Shown here in pieces: positions 55,701 to 64,000 of a stretch of DNA of 64,000 nucleotides. The stretch is from an uncultured Clostridia bacterium (GTDB lineage Bacteria; CAYTYR01; UBA6262), in the NCBI GenBank assembly GCA_964441745.1, contig CAYTYR010000010.1, positions 11,464 to 75,463 on the forward strand, given 5' to 3'. The notes under the pieces are model-generated. The model was not told the origin of the DNA, ran no database searches, and saw nothing but the letters and a program-made list of their open reading frames with translations. Made by a program: the position numbers and the translations under genes. Within the stretch, counting starts at the first letter, position 1, and every line of letters begins with the position of its first letter.

Positions 55701-56947
55701 TCAATACGAGTGATATACTTCAACGCCCCTGTCAGATTGGTTGAGGCATTCCAAAGAGGATTAACAGAAGTATTATGTGTACCAGTGACCCCGGTCGCAT
55801 TAGAATTGCCATTTAGGCAATTGTAGTCTTGTCCTTCTACATCATACATTAAAATAGAAGTGCCTGTCTGGTTGTAAATAATATTGTCTTTAACAACACT
55901 ATTGTTCTCGCCTGAATCAGGATCACTACTATTAAAAAATCTCAACCCATTACTAATATTGTTCCCAAAAGTACAATTAAGGACTGAGGTATTTGGCCCA
56001 CGAATAGTATAAAAACCATTCCCATCTACAGTTTTACCATCCCAAACTACACAGTCTTGGAATACAATCTCGTGAGAATCTTTAGCGCTGTTTATACCAC
56101 CAACGGCACAGTTCAGGCCAATACATCTAGTAAAATTTACCCGATTAGCAGACATATCAGTAGAAGGCACAGCAAAACATCCTGCATATTCGCTGGCATT
56201 GATATAATAGCTCGATTGGTCAGAATCGATAGCTATGCAATTTTGCACTTCCCCATCGGAAACAGAATACATAGAATAATTAGCTATTACATCAGGACTA
56301 CCAGGAAAGCTATGCCGATCATGCCTGGCAACACAGTTGCGGAGAATTATATGGTTACTCTGATATGGTTCAAATTTATATCTTCCTGTCCCATAAGAAT
56401 AACAACCTTCTAATAACACATAATCATCATGCCGGATATAGAAGTTGTTAGTGTTTCCGTCGCCACAATCGTATGCTCCACAACGTAGAAACTTGACATA
56501 AGAAGCGTGAATAAGATTTACATTGGGGCCAGGGGTATTACACCAGAGCAATCCCTCAAATTGCCAATATACATTATCAGTAGGAGAACTTACATCTACA
56601 TAATCAAACATTGCATTTTTATCTTGCCCATCAAAAATCGCTTCCCCATCGTGTTCCGCTTTCACAATAGTATAATTACTGGAGGTGCCAAAAGGTGGGA
56701 ACTGATTTCCTGTTCCACCGAAATAGATGGAATTTACATATCCAGTGTATGTACCATCTTTACAGATAAGAGTATCCCCTCCTTTTATACTGGTCATGCC
56801 TTTACTCAGTGTTGCCCAAGGAAGTACGGAAGAACCAGTACCTGAAGAATCATCTCCAGTAGGAGAAATGTAATAGGTAGAGGCAAATAGGCTCGTTGTC
56901 GCAAATAGTAAACTTACGATTGCGAATATAAAACAAAACCTTTTCAT
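52733..56947 (-). CDS. Secreted 1404-aa protein: right-handed beta-helix + 7 FN3-like repeats + FlgD/T9SS-CTD-like C-terminal domain
   Basis: Signal peptide; YYISPTGDD; seven repeats of the form APG.I.DL...W.APG.DG..G.A..Y.IRYS...YYFA; C-terminal FPNPW...IKIFNLAGELVR...WDAKNEDG...ASGVYIY...GKMAIVK. Confidence 0.85.
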   Translation of the reverse strand: MKRFCFIFAIVSLLFATTSLFASTYYISPTGDDSSGTGSSVLPWATLSKGMTSIKGGDTLICKDGTYTGYVNSIYFGGTGNQFPPFGTSSNYTIVKAEHDGEAIFDGQDKNAMFDYVDVSSPTDNVYWQFEGLLWCNTPGPNVNLIHASYVKFLRCGAYDCGDGNTNNFYIRHDDYVLLEGCYSYGTGRYKFEPYQSNHIILRNCVARHDRHSFPGSPDVIANYSMYSVSDGEVQNCIAIDSDQSSYYINASEYAGCFAVPSTDMSANRVNFTRCIGLNCAVGGINSAKDSHEIVFQDCVVWDGKTVDGNGFYTIRGPNTSVLNCTFGNNISNGLRFFNSSDPDSGENNSVVKDNIIYNQTGTSILMYDVEGQDYNCLNGNSNATGVTGTHNTSVNPLWNASTNLTGALKYITRIETGSNLKGQGESGADIGANITTLIGTPGTLWGEAGYNTDTGVSMWPFPNEDLIRSKMKAYDEGGVSGDRGFCAEGTTLTRYIWEYLGNTIPSSIYGPTPAVITDLSVSNTGTNSVTLAWTAPGSDENTGTATSYDIRYSLVSIDESTWDAANQVSGEPIPQVAGTTQSMVITGLQSETTYYFAMQTTNSIPHTSGNSNTVSAKTGDGTAPAEVTDLTAVPGTIDGRIVVSWTAPGDDNENGIASSYDLRYSLNSISDANWTDATQYLSEPVPKIAGSSEVVTLSGLTPGTTYYFALKTSDDSFNTSALSNISSCQAYKSGEVDITAPAGITDVSADSGAHSGEVVLNWTATGDDGSAGTALMYDIRYSQALINAYTWSSATQCSSEPEPQVAGSAERFVVTGLTPGQQYYFAVQAIDNSNFGSGVFNVPQAVAYNPIGDTTPPGQVTTLAGTNTAGGEATITWTAPGGDGSAGTALDYEIRYASFALNASNFTQGTLLDVALAPNSAGFTESAKIYDLDIGQTYYIAIKSTDGADNESALSNVATVTIGADSIAPGAIADLTATAGTNIGEVVIGWTASGNDGSIGKAKEYDIRYSTVTITDGGWQMAVRVLNAPSTAVSGTYQSLTIANLTANQRYYFGIKSSDTGSNVSALSNIVAAKAKGGIPPGKINDLSGQVGSANGSVFLSWTAPASADASKVKEYEIRYSTDHIYEVNLWRIFSESEVEWSGAGKYPTSPSPVNPGEPQSFVVSNLAPGQQYYFAIKSYDSDNNASVISNVTETFAANSDAIAPGKIEDLQAEPGNIDGQVMLHWTAPGNNGTTGTAASYIVKYSLGYIDASTWNLANALDYAPTPKEAGLKELMTINNLAVQQHYYFALKAIDSVGNVSELSNCAETLSGPVMNLERVRSFPNPWKKASGGLITISHLTPTAKIKIFNLAGELVRELEEQSGVAFWDAKNEDGQDAASGVYIYYAWDEEGHEKTGKMAIVK

Positions 56948-57984
56948 AAAGGTACATCCTCACCGCGTTCTAATTGCCTAATAATGTTATACATTCCCCG
57001 CGCAGTTACGTAAAATAGCCTATATTTATTACCATCATTATATTTATTTTCAAGGTAGGTGAACATATTATGTAACCCCTTGTTTAATAATACACCCGAA
57101 TTCGCTTCTTGGCAACCATGTGTGTAAACTTTTATAAATATCCAATCCGGTCGGCCTTTAATCCCTATCCCCTGTTTCACCCATAAATCTATTCTATCAG
57201 GAGTAGGTGGATTATTCGCTGAAAGCTCCCCATTCTCTATTTTCGGCAATACCCCAAATTTCCTATGCTTCCAGTTCAGGCAAAGTGGCCCTTGTATTAT
57301 CATAAGGTCTCCGGAAGGCTTTCTTCCTGCCTCTATATCAATACCCCAATCATGTGATTTTGGCTTATTGGGATCATCTGTAGCATAATAGATACTGTTT
57401 ATCTTTTTAGTTTGGGTATCGCTAGGAGCAGAGGGCATAGTAAAATCAGCATAACAACCTGTTTCCTTTAAAATTGCAATCTCATTATTAACACCGCACC
57501 ACTTTCCGTCCTTTCTCGAATTATCAAGAGCCCAATTGCCATGAACGAAGCCATAGGTTACCTTTCCGTTTTCATCTTTCCCAAGTAAACCATGACTTAC
57601 TAACTTAGTCTTAAAATCTTCTAATTTAACTCTTACTCCTTCAGCCGTATCATTATCATGATGTAAATGTATCTCAACTTCCCCGTAGCCTTTCCGGCAT
57701 AATATAGCTAATTCTTCAATAAACTCTTGCTTATACCACTCCTGCGGATAAAAAAAAGTATATTTAGGTTTATTACCCCTACTATCTTTGTGCTGATCAG
57801 CTATTAAGGGGTAGCGTTCTATCCATTTCCTGATTCTTGCCATCCCAGTCTTTTCATCAGCTTGATTCCACATAGGCTCAAAATGATCACAAATACAAAA
57901 AGCAATATTCTTTATGGAATTTATCTGTTTCCTTTTAAAGCATTGTTTTATATATTCCCACAACCAGATTTCAAGTGTTTTCAT
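56944..57984 (-). CDS. Conserved hypothetical EPS-cluster protein (possible deacetylase/hydrolase fold)
   Basis: Candidate metal-binding motifs CDHFEP, EIHLHH, FVHGNWALDN, YTHG. Confidence 0.6.
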   Translation of the reverse strand: MKTLEIWLWEYIKQCFKRKQINSIKNIAFCICDHFEPMWNQADEKTGMARIRKWIERYPLIADQHKDSRGNKPKYTFFYPQEWYKQEFIEELAILCRKGYGEVEIHLHHDNDTAEGVRVKLEDFKTKLVSHGLLGKDENGKVTYGFVHGNWALDNSRKDGKWCGVNNEIAILKETGCYADFTMPSAPSDTQTKKINSIYYATDDPNKPKSHDWGIDIEAGRKPSGDLMIIQGPLCLNWKHRKFGVLPKIENGELSANNPPTPDRIDLWVKQGIGIKGRPDWIFIKVYTHGCQEANSGVLLNKGLHNMFTYLENKYNDGNKYRLFYVTARGMYNIIRQLERGEDVPL

Positions 57985-59112
57985 CTATTCCTTCCACGCC
58001 ACTTTCTGTTTATTGGTTAAATAGTAATATAGTCCCTTAATTGCCATAATATTAAGAAGACAAAAAGCATAAGGAATGCTAAATATCTTATCTTTGCTAA
58101 GTTTTCTATGTTTGCCAATAAAAGCAAAAAGATAAAAAATAATTTGAACAAATAAAATCATCTTATAAATAATAATATTTAATAAAAATACACTCGTAAA
58201 TAATATCCCAATTAATAAATAAGGCATTATCACCCTTAATAGTTTATGTGAAATTACTTGAAAAGCTATCCTATTTTTGAATGGATTGAGAATCCACGAA
58301 TGCTCTATAAACAACTGCCAATTCCCAACCAATGTTCTTACTTTTCTTGCAGACTCAATATGTGAATTTACACTGATTTGATCAAAAGCCTTAGCTGATT
58401 TATCTAATATGGCTCTGTATCCCTTTTTTACAATCATTAAGGGGATGTATAAATCATCTAATATTATGCTCTCGGGTATTGGAGAAATTAATCCTCTTCT
58501 AATTGCATAAATTGCGCCAGTTGCCCCTATCATAGAATCCAATTGGCTTTCCAATTCCCTTATATGTAGCTCGTAAGACCAATACAAACCTATTCCTTCG
58601 CTAATTGGGCTCTCAGTGTTACTGGCTAATACTAATTCTCCACTCACACATCCTACTTTTTCATCATTAAAATTATTTACCAATTCTTTAATTGCATTTT
58701 TCTCAATTGTTTGCCGCGTATCATTAAATATAAGGATTTCCCCTTTAACATTTTTAACTAATTCATTAATTATACTTGCCTTACCTCTTTGTTCACTCCA
58801 AATAAAGGATTTAATATTACTGTTACTTTTAGAAACTTTCTCCAATATTTCATTTGTTTTATCGGTTGATCCATCGGAACCTAATAGTATTTCTACTTTA
58901 TCCTTTGGGTAATTAATAGCTAAAAGGTTATTTATCTTGTTTTCGATATTATCTTCTTCATTATGAGCGGATATTAGGATAGAAACTGTTGGACTATATT
59001 CTTTTTTATTAATTGGTTTCTTAAGAACTTGTTTCAATAAAACTAATATTAAAAGATATAAAAAATAGGTATAAATAACAATAAATACTAAAACCCAGAA
59101 TACAACAATCAT
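57985..59112 (-). CDS. Glycosyltransferase family 2 with TM helices
   Basis: ISAHNEE, GSDGSTD, GATGAIYAIR, DD. Confidence 0.9.
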   Translation of the reverse strand: MIVVFWVLVFIVIYTYFLYLLILVLLKQVLKKPINKKEYSPTVSILISAHNEEDNIENKINNLLAINYPKDKVEILLGSDGSTDKTNEILEKVSKSNSNIKSFIWSEQRGKASIINELVKNVKGEILIFNDTRQTIEKNAIKELVNNFNDEKVGCVSGELVLASNTESPISEGIGLYWSYELHIRELESQLDSMIGATGAIYAIRRGLISPIPESIILDDLYIPLMIVKKGYRAILDKSAKAFDQISVNSHIESARKVRTLVGNWQLFIEHSWILNPFKNRIAFQVISHKLLRVIMPYLLIGILFTSVFLLNIIIYKMILFVQIIFYLFAFIGKHRKLSKDKIFSIPYAFCLLNIMAIKGLYYYLTNKQKVAWKE

Positions 59113-60221
59113 TATTTAAATTCCTTAAGAAGTATTTTTACAATCCGTTTTGCCGCGTGTCCATCCCAATATTTAGGTATTTTTGACTTTTTATGACGGT
59201 TATTTAATATTTTTCTAAATTCTTTAATAATTTTCTCTTTATTTGTGCCTACTAAGATATTAGTCCCTTCTTTTATTGTGACAGGTCGTTCGGTGTTATT
59301 TCTTAATGTAAGACAAGGAACCCCTAAAACAGTTGTTTCTTCCTGTATGCCCCCAGAATCTGTCAAGACTATTTTGGCATTATTCATTAAATGCATGAAA
59401 TCCAAATACCCAAGGGGATCTGTGAAAATAAGATTATTATCATTCCGCTGACCGGGATTACTATACTTACTATAAATCCCGTATTCTATTAAGCGTTGTT
59501 TTGACCTGGGATGTATAGGATATACAATTTTAATATCCTTTTTTATACATTCAATGATCCTAAATATGTCTTTTAGACTTTTTAGATTATCAACATTACT
59601 TGGCCTATGAAGGGTTAAGAGTGCATATTTCTTTGGCTCCAGATTTAATTCATCTAATATATGTGATTTTTTTGCTCTTTTTATATTTTGCAGCAATGAA
59701 TCTATCATTACGTTCCCTACAAAATGTATCTTTTCCCTTGGGATACCCTCTTTCAATAGATTAATAAAACCACTTCTTTCAGTAACAAAAAGATAATCAG
59801 AGATTGTATCACATAATATTCTATTGATCTCTTCCGGCATAGTACGGTCAAAACTTCTTAATCCTGCTTCCACATGCGCTATAGGGATACCTATTTTTGC
59901 AGACACTAATGAACATGCAATGGTAGAGTTAACATCACCTACAACAATAATTAGATCAGGTTTTTCTTTTATTAACACCTTCTCAAATCCCATCATAACT
60001 TTAGCTGTCTGCTCAGCATGCGTACCAGAGCCTACACCAAGATAAATATCAGGTTTTGGCAGTTTTAAATCAGTGAAAAACAATTTGGACATATTTTTGT
60101 CATAATGCTGTCCAGTATGAACCAATACCTGCTTAATAGTTTTATGTTTTTCCATTTCCCTTACTAATGGGGCGATTTTCATAAAATTTGGCCTAGCACC
60201 TACCACGTTTATTATCTTCAC
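59112..60221 (-). CDS. wecB: UDP-N-acetylglucosamine 2-epimerase (non-hydrolysing)
   Basis: GARPNFMK, HTGQHYD, HVEAGLRS, TDSGGIQEE, TERP. Confidence 0.95.
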   Translation of the reverse strand: MKIINVVGARPNFMKIAPLVREMEKHKTIKQVLVHTGQHYDKNMSKLFFTDLKLPKPDIYLGVGSGTHAEQTAKVMMGFEKVLIKEKPDLIIVVGDVNSTIACSLVSAKIGIPIAHVEAGLRSFDRTMPEEINRILCDTISDYLFVTERSGFINLLKEGIPREKIHFVGNVMIDSLLQNIKRAKKSHILDELNLEPKKYALLTLHRPSNVDNLKSLKDIFRIIECIKKDIKIVYPIHPRSKQRLIEYGIYSKYSNPGQRNDNNLIFTDPLGYLDFMHLMNNAKIVLTDSGGIQEETTVLGVPCLTLRNNTERPVTIKEGTNILVGTNKEKIIKEFRKILNNRHKKSKIPKYWDGHAAKRIVKILLKEFK

Positions 60222-61429
60222 TATTCTTTTCTCCTAACTATGGGATCATATACAGAAAAGTATTTTCCTATTATCTTAGACCAAGCCCTATTATTTTGCA
60301 TCTCTTTCCTGGCCTGTTCTCCTAATTTCTTCCTTAATTTATCATCCATTAGCAGCATAATGCTCTTTGCCGCTAAGTCTTCTATATCTTCTGACTTAAA
60401 TAAGACCCCAGAATACCCATCTCGAATGAGTTCCTTTAACCCTCCAACATCGCTAGCAAGTACTGTTTTACCCATTGCCATTGCTTCCAATGGTTTTAAA
60501 GGAGTAACCATATTTGTTATCCTTAAATTCAGCCTGGGGTAAACCAGAATATCCATAATTGAGTAATACTTTAATATTTCTTCATGGGGGACCTTTCCCA
60601 CAAAAATAACATGTTTCTCTATATTTAATTGATTCGTTAGCTCAAACAGCTTTTTTTCTTCTTTGCCCCCACCTATTATTATACATTTTGCATTACCAAT
60701 TTTTAACAATACCTTTGGCATAGCTTTAATAATACATTCTATGCCTTCAAATTTGTAAAATGACCCTATAAAGCCGATTACTAAGTTTTTTTCAATATTA
60801 AGTTTATTACTGATTCCCATATCCTTGAGTTGAGGAACAAATTTATCTGTATCTACACCATTAGGCACTACATACACTTTATCTTTATTAATGCCTCTAC
60901 TTACAATCTCATCTTTTAATCCTTCACAAATTGTCACAACTGTATTAGCTTGTCTTAATATGATTGTTTCCAGATACTTTGTTATTCTATATCTTAGGTT
61001 TGATTCCTTTGTTCTATTTAAATCTACAGCCGCGTCCTCCCATAAAGCCCTTACTTCATATACTAATGGCAGCTTCATTTTTCTGGCCACTAAAAGCGCC
61101 GGCAATCCACACAAAATAGGTGAATGGGCATGAATAATATTAATACAATTATTATTAACAACTTTCTGAATTTCTTTTTTGAGCTTAAAAATCAATAAAA
61201 GTTCTTTTATATAGGGCATCTTTTTAATAAAGGAACTCTCCGGCAGAGAAGTTCTATAATATGGGATACCATTTATTTCTTCATATTCCTTTACTGATAC
61301 TTGATTGGGTGAAGTTATTACAACCGGCTCTATCCCTGATTTCTTTTGAAACTCAACAATATATCTACTTCTTGAACTATAACCGCTGATATCAGGGGTA
61401 GAACGATCTAATACATGTAATACTTTCAA
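60221..61429 (-). CDS. GT4 glycosyltransferase resembling exosortase/PEP-CTERM-system-associated GT4s
   Basis: LHVLDRS.P..SGY..R, HAHSP, YEVRALWEDAAVD, VTPLKPLEAMA. Confidence 0.85.
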   Translation of the reverse strand: MKVLHVLDRSTPDISGYSSRSRYIVEFQKKSGIEPVVITSPNQVSVKEYEEINGIPYYRTSLPESSFIKKMPYIKELLLIFKLKKEIQKVVNNNCINIIHAHSPILCGLPALLVARKMKLPLVYEVRALWEDAAVDLNRTKESNLRYRITKYLETIILRQANTVVTICEGLKDEIVSRGINKDKVYVVPNGVDTDKFVPQLKDMGISNKLNIEKNLVIGFIGSFYKFEGIECIIKAMPKVLLKIGNAKCIIIGGGKEEKKLFELTNQLNIEKHVIFVGKVPHEEILKYYSIMDILVYPRLNLRITNMVTPLKPLEAMAMGKTVLASDVGGLKELIRDGYSGVLFKSEDIEDLAAKSIMLLMDDKLRKKLGEQARKEMQNNRAWSKIIGKYFSVYDPIVRRKE

Positions 61430-61439
61430 TGCTAACTCC

Positions 61440-62498
61440 TTATTTTATTTCAATTAGCTTAGTTATTATCAAGTAGAGCCCAATGAAGCCAACAAAAAGA
61501 ATAACATATACTATAACTCTATTTTTCCAGCTTTTATTAAAATTGTAAAAAGCTCTTAAAATAATGTATTTAATCCCGGTATGCGGAATACCATTACTTC
61601 CATTTATAATATCCGGTGTATTTTGATAATCTTTATATAGTTCTTTAAAAGACAATATTTGAATGTTATCGTTACTTGCTAAATACTTTAATACTTTTCT
61701 AAATCGATTTAAGGCTTTAATATCTGGTTGATAGTTAATATGCTTCTTATCCCATTTAACGAAACTAAAACTATGAAGGCATAAGACTATTATCTTGAGA
61801 TTACATACCAGAGCATTGTCTACTGCCTTCTTTATCTCAGCATAAATATTAGCATTAATATCAAAAGCCCTGGTAAATTGATGCCCTTTATATTTAAAAT
61901 ATGAATAGACAGTCATGGGTATTTCTACGACACCATCGTAATTGGATGCAGCATTTATAGTTAATATCGGAGTATTAAGCTCACATAATGGCCATTGATA
62001 AAGCATAGAGCTATCAATAGGGATCTTATTCTCTTTTAAGGCTATTAGAGTATTGTAATCAACTCCAAAATCACCTCCCCTGTGCGCTATTGGATACTCA
62101 TTTAGCCATTTATATATTAGCTCTTTGCCTTCGCTAATGATTTTCTTTTGTTCCGCTAATGAATACAGAGCCATATGCCCCCTGCTGCGGTCATATGCCC
62201 AAAATGGATGCGTATGTAGCTGTACATCATGGCCTCTTCCTTTTACTAACAGACAAATATCCTTCATTGCCTGTTCACCAAAATGCTTAAACTCATAAAC
62301 ATCAACAAAAAATGTTGCCTTAACGCTATATTCATCACAGATATCCATTATTTTTTCTATACCGTAGTATTTATCTCCAATACGCCCATAAACCATATCC
62401 TCAAGATTTAATGGCATTTTATTATATGTACTTGCTTCGGTATCAATACTTATGATGATAATTGTTTTTTCAATTTTAGCGCTCATTTTTATTTCCAT
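61440..62498 (-). CDS. Polysaccharide deacetylase family protein
   Basis: ISIDTE, ATFFVD, HDVQLHTHP, HRGG. Confidence 0.8.
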   Translation of the reverse strand: MEIKMSAKIEKTIIIISIDTEASTYNKMPLNLEDMVYGRIGDKYYGIEKIMDICDEYSVKATFFVDVYEFKHFGEQAMKDICLLVKGRGHDVQLHTHPFWAYDRSRGHMALYSLAEQKKIISEGKELIYKWLNEYPIAHRGGDFGVDYNTLIALKENKIPIDSSMLYQWPLCELNTPILTINAASNYDGVVEIPMTVYSYFKYKGHQFTRAFDINANIYAEIKKAVDNALVCNLKIIVLCLHSFSFVKWDKKHINYQPDIKALNRFRKVLKYLASNDNIQILSFKELYKDYQNTPDIINGSNGIPHTGIKYIILRAFYNFNKSWKNRVIVYVILFVGFIGLYLIITKLIEIK

Positions 62499-63687
62499 AA
62501 TTTTTTATTGCTATTAATAACTCCTGAAAACATTCTTTTGCACAATTCTCCCAGGTAAAAGGTTTAATATGATCTTTTAAGGTATCAACATCCCATGATC
62601 TGTTTATAGCCTCAATAATAGCCCGTGCCAATAAATCAGCGTTACCAGGAGGCACTAAGATACCATATTTATCAGAACTAATGATCTCCGGGATTCCTCC
62701 TATATCAGAAGCTACCACCGGTGTCCCACATGCTAGAGACTCTAATATTACATTAGGCATACCTTCCCTAATACTTGGAAGACACAGGACATCACTACTA
62801 TTAATCCATAGCGGGATATCTTCATGTTTTATTTCGTCTGCAAATTGAACATATTCATTCAGCATATTTTTGTTGATAAATTCTATAATATCCTGTTTTA
62901 GATAACCTTTCCCAATAATAATAAGATGCACCTTTTTATTTATCGTATTTATCTTTAGAAAAGCCTCTAAAAGATACCTAGTTCCTTTTACTTCATCAAG
63001 AGAACCTATAAACAATACTACTTTCTCATACTTTAAAATATCTAATTTCGTTTTACATTTATTCTTACCTAAGGGTTTGAATATATTTGTGTCAATCCCA
63101 TTTCTTATTATAGCGATTTTTCCCTTTAATACATTTAAACTTTCTATTTTATTACTAAGAGCTTCGCTCACTACAATAGTTTTACTAGCCTTTTTTAAAC
63201 ACCACTGGATTAGTTTTCTTCTGATATAGTATTTAGTGTAAAGATTGATATCACATCCCCTGGCGTGTAATACAAGTGGCTTTTTGAATTTACGAGCTAA
63301 TAAGGTTGAGGCAAATCCATCCGGATATATCCAAGGTGTATAGATAATCTCAAATGCAAATTTCTTTCTTATCTTTTCTATTTCTCCTTTTATTGAAAAA
63401 TAAAAAAAGAATCCATAAAGCGATCTAAATATTTTCGGGGAAACAAACCAGCGAGGATGATAGACCTTTATTCCATTAATATTTTCCTCTGCTTTAATTC
63501 CCCTATTAAAAGCCCATTTTCTGAATAAGGAACTCTTAAATGGGAACCAAGGCACTGGAGCTACTACCTGAAGCTCTACAAGTTTAGCAAGCTCAAGCAA
63601 TTCCTGTTTGATGAAAATGCCCCTATTAGGTTCTTTACCATTCGGAAATAGGTTAGTTATTACCAATACCTTCAGTTTTTCTTCCAT
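62476..63687 (-). CDS. GT4 glycosyltransferase
   Basis: ITNLFP, YPDG, PSIREGMPNVILESLACGTPVVAS. Confidence 0.9.
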   Translation of the reverse strand: MEEKLKVLVITNLFPNGKEPNRGIFIKQELLELAKLVELQVVAPVPWFPFKSSLFRKWAFNRGIKAEENINGIKVYHPRWFVSPKIFRSLYGFFFYFSIKGEIEKIRKKFAFEIIYTPWIYPDGFASTLLARKFKKPLVLHARGCDINLYTKYYIRRKLIQWCLKKASKTIVVSEALSNKIESLNVLKGKIAIIRNGIDTNIFKPLGKNKCKTKLDILKYEKVVLFIGSLDEVKGTRYLLEAFLKINTINKKVHLIIIGKGYLKQDIIEFINKNMLNEYVQFADEIKHEDIPLWINSSDVLCLPSIREGMPNVILESLACGTPVVASDIGGIPEIISSDKYGILVPPGNADLLARAIIEAINRSWDVDTLKDHIKPFTWENCAKECFQELLIAIKNYGNKNER

Positions 63688-64000
63688 GTAGCCCCTTCAA
63701 TAAAAGACCTGTGCCAAAATTCTAAAAGTACAAGGGAAAATAGCAGCTTACTATGATCGTCAATTCCTGAAGCATGATCGTGAATGATATTTTGCAAAAA
63801 TTCTTTATTGAAATATCCTCTCCTTAGGCTTTTTGAGTCAAGTAATACTTCTTTGGCCTTTTCGCTAAAATTACCCTTAAACCAGGCATTGATGGGTACA
63901 GGAAACCCTTTCTTTTTACGGTTAATAATCCTATCGGGTAATAAGCCAGTTACTGCTTTTTTAAGTAAATATTTCCCCGTCCCATCCCTTAGCTTGTATT
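63672..64000 (-). CDS. asnB: Asparagine synthase-like glutamine amidotransferase, C-terminal part (truncated by window edge)
   Basis: Missing from the ORF track. Manual translation gives GKYLLKKAVTGLLPDRIINRKKKGFPVPINAWF...LLEFWHR. Confidence 0.82.
   Translation of the reverse strand, partial: YKLRDGTGKYLLKKAVTGLLPDRIINRKKKGFPVPINAWFKGNFSEKAKEVLLDSKSLRRGYFNKEFLQNIIHDHASGIDDHSKLLFSLVLLEFWHRSFIEGATWKKN

Overview
Bacterial chromosomal window from a diderm organism (TolC, TonB-dependent receptor, PEP-CTERM proteins). Essentially every gene is on the minus strand. Read from the window end toward base 1, it contains: (i) an AT-rich exopolysaccharide cluster (partial AsnB-like amidotransferase, GT4s, GT2, deacetylase, wecB) ending in a 1404-aa beta-helix/FN3 secreted protein; (ii) a ~5 kb island of nucleotidyltransferase toxin-antitoxin cassettes with a papain-like peptidase; (iii) an HTH-HD-GYP regulator, a small DUF2292-like protein, a PEP-CTERM/priming-glycosyltransferase fusion and five tandem PEP-CTERM genes; (iv) comEC, another AbiE pair, argB-argD-tig-clpP-lon; (v) ten tRNA genes in two clusters, one (tRNA-Arg UCU) split by a 212-nt group I intron, plus an unassigned ~175-nt structured RNA candidate; (vi) Rrf2-ferredoxin-hcp; (vii) a TonB receptor / substrate-binding protein / HD-GYP module with a collapsed paralog; (viii) argG-argH and a DapL-pathway lysine operon. 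Most intergenic spacers carry 7-nt-period repeat tracts and short palindromic REP-like elements. The most interesting candidates are the PEP-CTERM-phosphoglycosyltransferase fusion with its shared promoter motif, the intron-containing tRNA-Arg(UCU), and the heptamer/terminator-delimited cassette architecture. Family assignments come from motif recognition only; no database searches or folding programs were run, so novelty is unverified.
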